Part shown: one piece after another, positions 20,067-30,506 of the stretch
Layout: each line of letters opens with the position of its first letter
Position numbering within the stretch: the first letter of the stretch is position 1
Origin: Minisyncoccota bacterium
GTDB taxonomy: Bacteria; Patescibacteriota; Minisyncoccia; Phycocordibacterales; PALSA-1337
Length of the DNA: 64,000 nucleotides
Assembly: GCA_041666915.1 (NCBI GenBank)
Contig: JBAYFZ010000003.1
Coordinates: forward strand, 22,394 to 86,393
Direction of reading: 5' to 3'
Position numbers and translations under genes: made by a program
Notes under the pieces: generated by a model
The model's input: the letters and a program-made list of their open reading frames with translations, nothing else
The model's database searches: none
Told to the model about the DNA's origin: nothing

Positions 20067-21271
20067 AAGCTGTAATTTTATGTGCAGGACTTGGTACTAG
20101 ACTCCGTCCTATAACAAATACGATCCCTAAAGTGATGATTCCTATAGGGGGAAAGCCATTACTTCAACATCATATAGAATGGCTGGTCGGAAATGGAATA
20201 AGAGATATAGGGATAAATTTATTTTATTTACCTGAAGTTGTGGTGGATTATTTCGGTGATGGATCAAAATTTGGTGCACGTATACATTATTCGCATCAGA
20301 AAACTTTATCTGAAACTGCGAGCGGTTTCAAAAATTTTAAAGATTTTGTTGGCAATGAAAGTTGTTTGATTGTTTATGGAGATAACATGTTTGATTTGAG
20401 TGTTTCAGATTTTTCCGATTATCATAAGAAGAAAGGAGGCCTTGCAACTATTGCACTCAAAGAATGGGAAAATCCAGGATCAAAAGGTATAGTTGGCTTG
20501 GATAAAGAAGAAAAGATCTTGTGGTTCAGAGAAAAGCCACAGCCTCATGAAATAACAACAAATGTTGGCAATGCGGGAATATACATAGTAGAACCAGAGA
20601 TTTTTTCTTTCATACCTAGTGATAGAGATTATGATTTTGGTAAGGATATTTTTCCAGCACTTTTGAATGAAGGCAAATTTATTTATGGATACCATTTACA
20701 GGGGTATCATATTGATATTGGCTCCCCAGAAGCTTTAGTGAAAGCTCGGGAAGATTACAAAATATTGTTTCCCAATAAGGCAATATTTATTGATCGTGAT
20801 GGCGTCTTGAATAGAAAACCTAGAGAACATGACTATGTAAAGAATTTCAGCGAATTTTTTTGGAATGATGGGGCTCAAGATCTGATTAAAGAATTTAAAA
20901 CTCGGGGATTTTTGGTTATTGTTATCAGTAATCAACAGGGAATTGCTAAGGGTAAGGTTTCAGAAAAGTTCATTGAGGATTTGCATAAAAAGATGAACGA
21001 AGATCTCAAAACTATCGGAACGAATATCGACGGTTTCTATTATTGCCCGCATCTTGAATCTGAAGGTTGCGTGTGCCGGAAACCTAGCCCAGGACTTTTA
21101 TTTAAGGCTGAATATGATTATAAGATTGATATGTCTAGAAGTTTTATGATTGGTGATTCCAAAAGCGATATTGAGGTGGGGGACAGGGCTGGATGTTTTA
21201 CAATTCAAATTGAGACAGATCTAATTGGTGGACGTTCTGTTCTAGATAAGATAATGCAGAGAGATAAATAG
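20063..21271 (+). CDS. Sugar-1-phosphate nucleotidyltransferase (HddC/GMPP-like) fused to GmhB-like HAD-IIIA phosphatase
   Basis: LCAGLGTRL..PK N-domain; C-domain DRDGVLN, SNQQG, YCPH..C.CRKP.PG, MIGD. Confidence 0.88.
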   Translation: MKAVILCAGLGTRLRPITNTIPKVMIPIGGKPLLQHHIEWLVGNGIRDIGINLFYLPEVVVDYFGDGSKFGARIHYSHQKTLSETASGFKNFKDFVGNESCLIVYGDNMFDLSVSDFSDYHKKKGGLATIALKEWENPGSKGIVGLDKEEKILWFREKPQPHEITTNVGNAGIYIVEPEIFSFIPSDRDYDFGKDIFPALLNEGKFIYGYHLQGYHIDIGSPEALVKAREDYKILFPNKAIFIDRDGVLNRKPREHDYVKNFSEFFWNDGAQDLIKEFKTRGFLVIVISNQQGIAKGKVSEKFIEDLHKKMNEDLKTIGTNIDGFYYCPHLESEGCVCRKPSPGLLFKAEYDYKIDMSRSFMIGDSKSDIEVGDRAGCFTIQIETDLIGGRSVLDKIMQRDK

Positions 21272-21296
21272 TTTTTGGTTGATTTTAGACAAAGAA

Positions 21297-22070
21297 TTAT
21301 AGTTTTATCCAACTAGAAGGAATAAGACCTGTCTCTTCTTTATTTTTTTCAACAAACCATTTTTGTGGTGTTGTTACGATTTTTTGTGGGTTTGTATTTA
21401 ACCAAGCACTCCACCAACTAAATGTGCTGTTTGCTGTGATATTATGTTTGCATTGAGTCATAAGGTAGAGTTCTTCAGAATTAGAAAAACCATTTCCAGA
21501 TACGAATTTGATTGGAATATCAAAAGGTATCTTTAAGTTATTTCTTACCCAATCTATATCATCGGAAAAAACAAATACTTTTAATTTATTACTCGAGACA
21601 TCATTTGTTATACCTAGTGTGGTACGAATTTTTTCTATTGCTTTTGAGTAGTATTCTAGTGGAATTTGAAGGTAAACTTTTTGGTTCTTTGTTGCCAGGT
21701 AGTCAGTTCGTCGTATGTGGAGAGAAACTGATTCAGTATTTTTAATTTCTGAAAGATAGGGGTTTAGCTTTTCTTCGTTAATATTTTTTAGTTGGAATTC
21801 TTTTCGTATTATTTTTTCTATAGATTTAAAATACTGTTCACTTTGGAAATAGCCTATAACATGTGTATTGAAAGGATTTAATCTATCAATAAGATTTGCC
21901 ACTTTCGCGTTGATTGAGAAATTTCCTAATTCGTAAGTCCGAAAATTCTTTCGGTCGTATTCTCTCGTATCTAATAATAGTTTCGTATTATTTTTTATAC
22001 TCAAAGAACGTCCCATTGCATATTGGAACATTTGATTACCGAGACCTCCTTGTAGTTTAACGATGATCAT
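21297..22070 (-). CDS. GT11 alpha-1,2-fucosyltransferase family
   Basis: GGLGNQMFQYA, HIRRTDY, FSDD, NSTFSWW. Confidence 0.9.
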   Translation of the reverse strand: MIIVKLQGGLGNQMFQYAMGRSLSIKNNTKLLLDTREYDRKNFRTYELGNFSINAKVANLIDRLNPFNTHVIGYFQSEQYFKSIEKIIRKEFQLKNINEEKLNPYLSEIKNTESVSLHIRRTDYLATKNQKVYLQIPLEYYSKAIEKIRTTLGITNDVSSNKLKVFVFSDDIDWVRNNLKIPFDIPIKFVSGNGFSNSEELYLMTQCKHNITANSTFSWWSAWLNTNPQKIVTTPQKWFVEKNKEETGLIPSSWIKL

Positions 22071-22079
22071 CTGTGGGAT

Positions 22080-22811
22080 TTAAATCTTTTGCGCTAAAAC
22101 GTGGTATCCAAAGCATAGTAATTCTTTGGAACCGATATCTTTCTTGTTGTATTTGTTGAGTAAACGCAACATAAGTTTGATCGAAAGTTTTTCAAATATA
22201 CTTACTTTAGTATTGGAATATTTACTAACAATGTTTGGTACACGACGTATCTCTTGAGCAATATATTCATAGTAGTTTCCATTAGGTATTATCTCTAATA
22301 CCTTAAAACCGTTAGCTTTGAGCACAGTCTCGTAGAAGTATTTATTGAAGCCAGTCGCAAAATGGTAAGGAGTAAAGTGAGATAGACTGCAAAATGGGGC
22401 AGTGATAATCAGTTTGCCGCCAGATTTTAGTAGGCGAGAGAATTCTTTGAAAGCTTCGTTGGGATAAGGGATATGTTCCAGAACCTCAACGCACATTACG
22501 GTGTCAAAGGATTTGTCTGGCCTTGGTATTGAACCAATGTCACTAACGATATCTAATTTGGAGTTGTCCCAGCTACCTGGTTGTAGGGCTGATTCGTTGC
22601 CTCTACCATCATACTTAGCGAAGTCCTGAGAAGTATATTTGAGATGCTGACAGAATTTTTTGTATTGCAATTCACCAGCGCCGGCATCTAGAATGGATAG
22701 GCCCTTAGGTATCTTTTCTAGCGTTGATTTGAGCCAAGTCTCGCGAACTGTTTTGTTATTGGTTCCAATGCTACCATCGGCGAATAGTTTTTTTATAATA
22801 TTGATCGTCAT
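22080..22811 (-). CDS. Class I SAM-dependent methyltransferase
   Basis: LDAGAGE, CVEVLEH, LKSGG. Confidence 0.88.
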   Translation of the reverse strand: MTINIIKKLFADGSIGTNNKTVRETWLKSTLEKIPKGLSILDAGAGELQYKKFCQHLKYTSQDFAKYDGRGNESALQPGSWDNSKLDIVSDIGSIPRPDKSFDTVMCVEVLEHIPYPNEAFKEFSRLLKSGGKLIITAPFCSLSHFTPYHFATGFNKYFYETVLKANGFKVLEIIPNGNYYEYIAQEIRRVPNIVSKYSNTKVSIFEKLSIKLMLRLLNKYNKKDIGSKELLCFGYHVLAQKI

Positions 22812-22820
22812 ATCTTTAAG

Positions 22821-24464
22821 TTATTTTTTAATAAACCAAAAACAACCACAGCCGTAATTTTGAATATTTGCGATTTCTTCTGTAGCATTCTTTATAATTC
22901 CAGCATAGCTTGCATTATCAGGAATCAGGGTGAATTCTTTCAGATCGAATCCTGTAAATAATGAAACAATCTGTTTATAGGAGTAAACACGATGGGAATT
23001 GAATATAACCTTTGGTTTCCCAATAGGTATAACAAAGAGCAAGCTTCCTCCTATTGCTGTAACCCTCTTTAGCTCATCTATAGCTTTGATGTCTGCTGTG
23101 GGATCTATTGGATCACCATATCTCCCTAGTCCTATATGTTCTACTGTATGCATGCATGATATAGAAGTGATACTGTTGTTTTTTAACGGTAATGAAAGAA
23201 GATCTCCTTTTCTTGATTCTAAATCACTCAATGTTATCTTTGCTGGACGAAAGTCGTAGAATTTTACGGGTATAAAGGCTGATAGTATTGATGAAAAAGA
23301 AAGTGTTGATGATATGTCTACGTGAAATTCTGGGTTAATTTGTTTAACTATCCTAGCCGCCCAAGCAGGATGGTAAATATAGTGAGTATCAAATTTTGTG
23401 TCCGCGGTTTTGTCATTCAGTTCTGGTCGTCTATTTTTCCATGAGATTTTAAATCTATAGTCTTTTTTAGACGTAGAATATTGTCGAAATTTTACGAATT
23501 CTTTTAAGTAGATTGTATATTTATAGATCTTTTTTATTGAATTGTAGATTTTTGAAGGAATAAATCTTTTTATTTTTGATAAAAAGGAACTATCAGATAG
23601 AACTATTTTGTAGCCGGTTGTACCAACCTCGCCTGACTTGACTCGTATAGGTCTGTAAATGTAGTTTCTATATTCAAACCATTCTTTTCCACCTTTTTCA
23701 CTGGCAATGTACGCAGCATCCTCATCATTTAATAAGTGTAAATATGGCAATATCATTTTGGTTGCCATGATTGAACTTTTACCAATATCTTGAGCCTTAC
23801 GAACAAACAAGGAATTAATACCATAACGATGTAAATAATATGAATTAGGTAACACAACAAATTTTGCTCCGTTGACGAGTTGTTTGAGAGTAAAACCCCA
23901 TGCTTCCTGAACCCCTTCTCCATATTCCCAATAACCACCGATTTTCTCCCAACTTTTTTTCGTGTACATGAAGTTACCACCAGGTCCGGGATTGATTGGT
24001 CCAGCTAAGAAATCTGCTAGATTCATAACGCCTGGTTTATATGTCCACTTGTGTGTTATTTTATTTATTTTATGTTTTTGAAAATAATGGTATTCACTGA
24101 AAGAAGCCATGTCAGCGTTTTCTGAAAGCAAATAGTTTTTCATTCGTTTGATACTTCCTGGAATCAGGACATTGTCTGAATCTAGATTGAAGATAAGGGG
24201 ATTCTTCGATCTTCTAACACCTATATTGCGACTTGCGGGACACCCAACATTTTTTGGATTATCAATTTCGATTATCGTTGTAAACCTTTTTTTGAGCTTC
24301 CGAATAACGTCTCTTGTCGCATCTGTTGATGCATTGTCAACGATTATAACTTCATCACCATCTTCAAAGTTGCCATTATAAATAGATTCGACCGCTTCAG
24401 CTAAGGTGTCAATACTATTGTACGCCGGTATGACGAAGCTTACTTTTTGATTATTGTTATTCAT
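22821..24464 (-). CDS. GT2 glycosyltransferase fused to a C-terminal DUF268-like methyltransferase domain
   Basis: N: VIPAYN, VDNASTD, LDSD. C: FDTHYIYHPAWAAR, HVDISS, EHIGLGRYGDP.DP. Confidence 0.8.
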   Translation of the reverse strand: MNNNNQKVSFVIPAYNSIDTLAEAVESIYNGNFEDGDEVIIVDNASTDATRDVIRKLKKRFTTIIEIDNPKNVGCPASRNIGVRRSKNPLIFNLDSDNVLIPGSIKRMKNYLLSENADMASFSEYHYFQKHKINKITHKWTYKPGVMNLADFLAGPINPGPGGNFMYTKKSWEKIGGYWEYGEGVQEAWGFTLKQLVNGAKFVVLPNSYYLHRYGINSLFVRKAQDIGKSSIMATKMILPYLHLLNDEDAAYIASEKGGKEWFEYRNYIYRPIRVKSGEVGTTGYKIVLSDSSFLSKIKRFIPSKIYNSIKKIYKYTIYLKEFVKFRQYSTSKKDYRFKISWKNRRPELNDKTADTKFDTHYIYHPAWAARIVKQINPEFHVDISSTLSFSSILSAFIPVKFYDFRPAKITLSDLESRKGDLLSLPLKNNSITSISCMHTVEHIGLGRYGDPIDPTADIKAIDELKRVTAIGGSLLFVIPIGKPKVIFNSHRVYSYKQIVSLFTGFDLKEFTLIPDNASYAGIIKNATEEIANIQNYGCGCFWFIKK

Positions 24465-25395
24465 TTTTTCTGAAAACTATTAGAACCGAGTGTCCGATAA
24501 TAAATTTGGTGACAGCTGACACCCCTGTACAAGCTATGCGTCTTGAAATTGGCATTATAAATTTGGTTATAAAACCAATCCTCTTCCTTAGTTTGGTTTC
24601 AATATTTTTATATGCAAGTTTCATTGCATATCCGGAGTGGTATTCTTGTAGGGGCTCTAGGTGAACAGATTCTACGTACATATCAAAATATTTTTGTAAT
24701 TTTATTAGAGAATTTATATCCCATAGGCCCATATGGTGAGGTGGCATATTCAGACTTATTTTATTAGATTGGAAAATAATACTATCGTTGTTGGGGACGC
24801 TTATTATCATTAGTCCTCCAGGTTTCAAGACTGACAGGGAAGATTGAATAAAATTTTTGACCTCAGGTACATGTTCTAGAACTTGGAAAGAACATACCAT
24901 ATCGTATTTATTTGGATTATTTAGAGAGAATTTTTCGATGGAGTCGGTTTTTACTGAGATACCAGAGTTTGTACATGTTCTTGCTGCATCAGAATTCATT
25001 TCTAAGCCTTCAACAATAGCACCTTTATCTTTTAAGGTCTGAAGAAAACTTCCTCGGGCACATCCGATCTCAAGTACCTTATTTCCTTTATTGACATAGT
25101 TTGATGCAATTATATGTTCCCACTTATTATTCATGTAGTACCATGGGAATTTTTCAATTTCTTGATAGAATTTATCATCACCGGCTGTATTGAATGGGGA
25201 ATAGAAACGGTACCCGGTATCGATACACTTGAAGATAGAGATATTTTCAATTGATTTAAAAAAGCTCTTGACGTCTATGTTTAAACCGTTCTTATATTCA
25301 TCGATTATTAGAGAGATTGGGATTTCTTTTTCTAGAATAACGTTATTTGAACCTGTTATTGGGCTTTTTGGTGTCATGGTATTTAATGTTATCAT
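24457..25395 (-). CDS. Class I SAM-dependent methyltransferase
   Basis: LEIGCARG, FQVLEHV, LKPGG, PPHH. Confidence 0.88.
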   Translation of the reverse strand: MITLNTMTPKSPITGSNNVILEKEIPISLIIDEYKNGLNIDVKSFFKSIENISIFKCIDTGYRFYSPFNTAGDDKFYQEIEKFPWYYMNNKWEHIIASNYVNKGNKVLEIGCARGSFLQTLKDKGAIVEGLEMNSDAARTCTNSGISVKTDSIEKFSLNNPNKYDMVCSFQVLEHVPEVKNFIQSSLSVLKPGGLMIISVPNNDSIIFQSNKISLNMPPHHMGLWDINSLIKLQKYFDMYVESVHLEPLQEYHSGYAMKLAYKNIETKLRKRIGFITKFIMPISRRIACTGVSAVTKFIIGHSVLIVFRKNE

Positions 25396-26270
25396 ATTTT
25401 ATTCATAATATATTTCGTAGTCTTCTTTATTGGCTCTGGAATTACTCTTAATAATTTTTGTATTAGAAATCCGATATTATTACCGTTAAACATCTTACGA
25501 TGTGTCATGAGATCGGCAGACAAATTAATTCTAATTACTTTTGGATGAATCAGAGGAAATATAATAGGGTAAGTGGGTAGATTTGAATATTCTGTTATTG
25601 TTGGTGTGTGTGTTGCTTCATTACCAAATCCAATATTAGAAACAAGATTAACATTAGGAAGTATTGATAAACCATTATTTTTGTTTACGGATATTAACCA
25701 TTGTTTATCCCAACTAGAGTAACGTTTTTCTGGTGAGATGCAATTGAAATCATAATAATTCCATGCACGCTTCCAAGTCGCCCATCCCCAGATATGAGTA
25801 TATTCGGAGAAATAATATGATGAATTTCCACGTTTTTTACCATATTGAAAATTATTACCACTTATGTGCATAATTTTATTGTTATTTTTGTAGTATTCTA
25901 ATAATTCCTGACAATAATAATAAAATGATTCATTGGGGAGACAATCATCTTCCAAGATTATTCCATATTCAACATTGTCAAAAAACCAATTAATGGCTGT
26001 TGATACCCCATGACCACAACCGAGATTTTTTTCTTGGAATAATGTTTTTACTTTACATGGCCAGTCTATTTGCTTGGTTATATTACGAGCATCAGAACAT
26101 AGTTGTTTGTCTTCAGATTTATTATTTCTTGGACCATCTCCAGCAATAAATAATCTTTCTGGTTTAACTTTGCGGATCGATTCGAAGACCTTTGCTGTCG
26201 TTTGTGGTCTATTAAAGATAATAAATAGGACAGGTATATCCAGTGATTTTTTTATAGTTTGTTTGTCCAT
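25392..26270 (-). CDS. Nucleotide-diphospho-sugar transferase (GT-A fold)
   Basis: FNRP, DGPR, NLGC, ILEDDC, WGWATW, NIGFG. Confidence 0.85.
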   Translation of the reverse strand: MDKQTIKKSLDIPVLFIIFNRPQTTAKVFESIRKVKPERLFIAGDGPRNNKSEDKQLCSDARNITKQIDWPCKVKTLFQEKNLGCGHGVSTAINWFFDNVEYGIILEDDCLPNESFYYYCQELLEYYKNNNKIMHISGNNFQYGKKRGNSSYYFSEYTHIWGWATWKRAWNYYDFNCISPEKRYSSWDKQWLISVNKNNGLSILPNVNLVSNIGFGNEATHTPTITEYSNLPTYPIIFPLIHPKVIRINLSADLMTHRKMFNGNNIGFLIQKLLRVIPEPIKKTTKYIMNKI

Positions 26271-26317
26271 GTTCTTTTATATAAATAGTTGGTGTTAGAT
26301 AAGTTTTTCGGTTCAGT

Positions 26318-27358
26318 CTAACGTCCGGCGTCAACTTTTACAGTTGAAGCTAGCTTGCTATATCTTTTTTTGAATAATTTTGAAGATATTCTAGAAATTA
26401 TACTTGCACCCCTTGTGATTTCCGGTTTTATTGTTACCCTAACTTTACTAGAATGAGCGTTGTCTCTATTTAATGTATTCATCACCTCACATAATCTAGG
26501 AAAAATCTGATATCTATCTAATATCTGTTTTTTTGCTTCAGATATTTCTTTATGGAATTTTCTGTAATAATCATTTTGAATAGCATTTTCAATAGCCAAT
26601 ATTGCTTCAAAAGGTTTATTTATATCTATCTTTACTATTGTATTTGGAGAAAAATAATCATCGATATTTGGGCAGCCAAAATAGAATGGATAAGATTCAG
26701 CTAATAATGAGTCCGCGAGTTTTTCAGTCCAATAATTTTTATATACGTTATTTTCAATAACTACGTGATATCTGTAAGGAGCGATTCCGTCCCATTTGTC
26801 TGATATCATGTTGATACCGGAACCTAACACATCGAGTTTTTCTTTGAAATGATCTTTTAAAATTTTTATGAATTTTAATCTTTTTCGGTGTCCTCGGGTC
26901 GTAGTTTTACTCGATGATATCACTGATATTAATTTTGTCTTGGATATATCGGTAAGCCGTTTCAATTCATCGTAACTCTTTGTGAAAGGACCAAGTTTAT
27001 TGTTTTTTAAATCAAAATGAGCACCAATATACCACGGTAAGAGCTGGAATTTAAAAATATTTTTATTATCTAATCCTTCTTGAGTAGTGATGATGGTATT
27101 AAACTGCTTGGTGAAGTCTTTGTTGTATTTTTTTATACTTGGAGGTTCACCTGTAATAAGTATTGTATTTTCCGGATAGCACTTTATTGTTTGTTCTCTT
27201 GGTATTCCATCAATGATTACCCACCAGTCAAATTCTTCTGTATTGTCGTCTGTATAAAATTGGTAATTTCCCCAAATCCCCTTTGATTCTGGAGTCTGTC
27301 TCAAGAATGACCAACCATGAGAGTTTGATGATATTTTGACTTTGATTCTTTCGTTCAT
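26318..27358 (-). CDS. GT10-like (alpha-1,3-fucosyltransferase family) glycosyltransferase
   Basis: TGEPP, YRYHVVIEN, YWTEKLAD, PFYFGCPNI; ATG 27358 preferred over TTG 27379. Confidence 0.78.
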   Translation of the reverse strand: MNERIKVKISSNSHGWSFLRQTPESKGIWGNYQFYTDDNTEEFDWWVIIDGIPREQTIKCYPENTILITGEPPSIKKYNKDFTKQFNTIITTQEGLDNKNIFKFQLLPWYIGAHFDLKNNKLGPFTKSYDELKRLTDISKTKLISVISSSKTTTRGHRKRLKFIKILKDHFKEKLDVLGSGINMISDKWDGIAPYRYHVVIENNVYKNYWTEKLADSLLAESYPFYFGCPNIDDYFSPNTIVKIDINKPFEAILAIENAIQNDYYRKFHKEISEAKKQILDRYQIFPRLCEVMNTLNRDNAHSSKVRVTIKPEITRGASIISRISSKLFKKRYSKLASTVKVDAGR

Positions 27359-27362
27359 ATTA

Positions 27363-28091
27363 TTATGATTTGTACCCAATCAATCTTTTTATAGACCTCT
27401 TGATTTTCTTCATTATTACTTCGTATTTATTTTTTAGTGGTTCTTTGTATGTATTGAAAATAGATTTTTTTAATATGAAAATATCATCGATTTTGATTCT
27501 AGTTAGTTTCTTGTATCCTTTATTAGACAAAAAATTATTTAGACGTTTATCTTCAAATGGATTTTCAACAGAGATACATTCAATATGGAAGCGACCAAAA
27601 TCAATTGATTGTAATATTTCTAGTTCGCCACCTTCAGTATCTAAACTGAAGTAGTCTATATGGGAAAGCCTGAATTTTTCTAGGACATCGTTGATTGTCA
27701 TTGTTTGAACATCTATTGTGGTAGTTGTAACTCCACGTTCTGATGCTTCTTTTTGTAGCCTGTCAAGGTATCGTTTATCAAAGGTTTCAACTAATCCAGA
27801 AATCTGACCCATATCTCCAGGCGCTTCAATAAATTTTTTTGTAGTAGCTTTATTCGAAGAGATAGCTATGTTTGTTGTCTGACAGTGGCGGTTTTTTACA
27901 AGTTTTTCGTAGGCGGACTTTCTTGGTTCTATACATAAACCTGACCAACCCCTTTCGCGTTCAAAGAAAAGAGTATTGCTACCAACCACTCCGTCATCTG
28001 CACCCATCTCCAGAAATACTCCATTTTTGAATTGTTTGAATACATTTTCATCGAGAAATTTATCCTGATTGTATTGGCTATAGTATCTCAT
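27363..28091 (-). CDS. FkbM-family methyltransferase
   Basis: YSQ..QD, FLEMGADDG..SNT, GLCIEP, SLDTEGGE. Confidence 0.9.
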   Translation of the reverse strand: MRYYSQYNQDKFLDENVFKQFKNGVFLEMGADDGVVGSNTLFFERERGWSGLCIEPRKSAYEKLVKNRHCQTTNIAISSNKATTKKFIEAPGDMGQISGLVETFDKRYLDRLQKEASERGVTTTTIDVQTMTINDVLEKFRLSHIDYFSLDTEGGELEILQSIDFGRFHIECISVENPFEDKRLNNFLSNKGYKKLTRIKIDDIFILKKSIFNTYKEPLKNKYEVIMKKIKRSIKRLIGYKS

Positions 28092-28093
28092 GG

Positions 28094-28840
28094 TTATTTT
28101 ATTAGTTCTGTTCTGATAAAAATTGCATCCCCAGAGATTAATACATTATCTTTGTCATAGTATAGATTGAAATTTTTATAAAAATGGTAATCATATTGAG
28201 CTAAGAATTTCTCTATGTCTTTGAATAATGGTTGGTTTTTGTAAATAGCTACAAATTCAACTTCAGAGTATATAAGATCAATAGCTTTTTTTGAAAGCAT
28301 CTCTTTTGCACCTTCAAGGACCAACATTTCTCCACCCTGAACATCTATTTTGAGAATGTTTATATGATTCAAATTATTCTTATCACAAAAATTGTCGAGA
28401 GTATTTGTAATAATCTGAATTTGTGATTTTGATTTCAAATTTTCTTTACCGCTGTATTTATCGTCGAAAGGTAAGAGGGAATTGGTATAGTGACATTCGT
28501 TAGAATAAAAAGATGCTGTTCCGGTGTGATTTGAAAGGGCGATATTGTTTCGTAGTGTCATTTTGTCGCCGTCAGTATTGTTTGAATATATTTTAAAAAC
28601 ATCCTTGAATGGTTCGAAACCAAATATTTTACTTTTTGGAAATAGTTTACGATATTTTTGTGTTGTCTGACCTACATTTGCTCCGACGTCAAAAATAATT
28701 TTAGTATTGGTATCTCGTAATAATTTTTTTTGTTCAATGAAATCTGAAGTCATTATTATTTTCCTTAGGCTTAAATCAAGACCAAGAAATTTTCTTGCCA
28801 TAGATTTTATTAATTTCTTTGTATCTTGTATCAGTTTCAT
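28094..28840 (-). CDS. FkbM-family methyltransferase
   Basis: FDVGANVGQ, FEP, LKIDVQGGE. Confidence 0.9.
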   Translation of the reverse strand: MKLIQDTKKLIKSMARKFLGLDLSLRKIIMTSDFIEQKKLLRDTNTKIIFDVGANVGQTTQKYRKLFPKSKIFGFEPFKDVFKIYSNNTDGDKMTLRNNIALSNHTGTASFYSNECHYTNSLLPFDDKYSGKENLKSKSQIQIITNTLDNFCDKNNLNHINILKIDVQGGEMLVLEGAKEMLSKKAIDLIYSEVEFVAIYKNQPLFKDIEKFLAQYDYHFYKNFNLYYDKDNVLISGDAIFIRTELIK

Positions 28841-28844
28841 TATG

Positions 28845-29705
28845 TTAGATTGTTATCCACGATTTCAATATTAGATGTTTGGTATATTCCGCATTCATGA
28901 CTGGGTCGATAAACCATTTTTTTGGATTGATTACGATTTTGTTAGGGTTGGCATTCAACCATGCACCCCACCAACTAAATGTACTATTGCCAATAATGTT
29001 GTGTTTACATCTACTCATTATCGACAGCTCTTCATAGTCAGTTATTTCTTTTCTAGATACAAAAGTTACTGGATTAATAAAATTTAGATTTTCTTTTGCC
29101 CACTTAATATCGTCAGAAAAAACAAAATAATGCGGGTTACTCGTATTTTTAGAGATATAATCAACAGCTTTTTCGTAGTAATCAACTGAAGTTGTTGGTT
29201 TTTCAAATTTCACATTTCCCAACATGATGTCACCCCTTCTAATGTGGATAGAAACAGAGTTGGTATTTGTTATGGCGTTAATCTCGTCTTTGTATTTGAG
29301 ATCTATAGACTGTTTTAATTTGAATTCTTCCCTGAGAATGTCTTCTATTCCTTCAAAATATTTTGGACTTTGAAAAATTCCACGTATGTACATATTTTTT
29401 CTCTTAATACCGATAAGGTTTTTATCAAAAGCCCAGTTTTTTTCCCAGACAAATCTTCTCCTGTAATAGGGTATTAATCGTTCGAGGTAGTATAGAAAAT
29501 CTTTATTTTTTAGTTTTTTGCATTCACTCTCGGTTGCGACAACATCTTTGATATTAAAGAATCTAATTTTAAGAGCGTCCATTACGTTGACGTAACTCCT
29601 AAGATCGAGCTTGATTTCTGTGTGACTGTCATGTGCAAATTTTCGTGCAGCAGCGTACTGAAACAATTGATTTCCTAATTGACCTTTGAAAGCAGTGATA
29701 ATCAT
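28845..29705 (-). CDS. GT11 alpha-1,2-fucosyltransferase family
   Basis: GQLGNQLFQYA, HIRRGD, FSDD, NSTFSWWGA. Confidence 0.9.
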   Translation of the reverse strand: MIITAFKGQLGNQLFQYAAARKFAHDSHTEIKLDLRSYVNVMDALKIRFFNIKDVVATESECKKLKNKDFLYYLERLIPYYRRRFVWEKNWAFDKNLIGIKRKNMYIRGIFQSPKYFEGIEDILREEFKLKQSIDLKYKDEINAITNTNSVSIHIRRGDIMLGNVKFEKPTTSVDYYEKAVDYISKNTSNPHYFVFSDDIKWAKENLNFINPVTFVSRKEITDYEELSIMSRCKHNIIGNSTFSWWGAWLNANPNKIVINPKKWFIDPVMNAEYTKHLILKSWITI

Positions 29706-29717
29706 GATGATGTTTAA

Positions 29718-30506
29718 TTATTTAGCGTATACGTCCCCGTAATAAATTGGTTGATTGTTTGCATGTTTTTTTTCTATTTCAGATAACAAGTGTTCAGCAT
29801 TAAGCCAATACAGTGATGCCATTTTAGAGTCTGCTGCAATTACAAAATTGAATTCCGTAAAACCTATTGACTGTAATTTAGATACACATCGCTCGGTGTG
29901 CTGTTTGTCGTCAGTGTGGAATTCAAAATTTATAAGCGGGATTTTTTTTGATAAACCTGATAGTACTTCATACTCAAATCCCTCAACGTCTATTTTGCAA
30001 AAATATGGTATGCCATATTTGGAGATAAGTTTGTCTAACGTTGTTATCTTAACTTTTTCGGTTTTCTCGAATGTGTGATATTTTGTTCCTTGTTGCCATG
30101 TCTTGATAAAACTAGAAAACCCTGGATATTTCGTAGAAATGTTGATTTCAGCCTCACCATCTTCTTTGCCAATACCACATCGCTCAACCGCCACATTTTT
30201 ATTATTTGTATATTTTATTCTGAGGCGGTTGGCCAAATCAGATTGTGGTTCTACTGCAATAACCTTGCATCCTAATTTTAAAAATAGATTAGTTTTGTCA
30301 CCAATATTGGCTCCGATATCAAAAATAAGTTTATTTTTGCCGATGTATTTGTTGTAAAATATAAGTTGCTTCCTATCCGATTCCAAGTCTTTTAATGATT
30401 TGATTACCGTCAAGTTTATAAATTTACCAGTCAGATATTGTCTTAGTATTTTTATACTTTCTGAATATGGTCGTTCAAATAATATTTTTTTAATTTTATT
30501 TTTCAT
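29718..30506 (-). CDS. FkbM-family methyltransferase
   Basis: FDIGANIG, VEPQ, KIDVEGFE. Confidence 0.9.
   Translation of the reverse strand: MKNKIKKILFERPYSESIKILRQYLTGKFINLTVIKSLKDLESDRKQLIFYNKYIGKNKLIFDIGANIGDKTNLFLKLGCKVIAVEPQSDLANRLRIKYTNNKNVAVERCGIGKEDGEAEINISTKYPGFSSFIKTWQQGTKYHTFEKTEKVKITTLDKLISKYGIPYFCKIDVEGFEYEVLSGLSKKIPLINFEFHTDDKQHTERCVSKLQSIGFTEFNFVIAADSKMASLYWLNAEHLLSEIEKKHANNQPIYYGDVYAK

Noticed and set aside
21297-22070. Possible pseudogene: this GT11 is ~30 aa shorter internally than its paralog at 28845
   Set aside because: The frame is intact and all conserved motifs are present; the missing part is a variable region.
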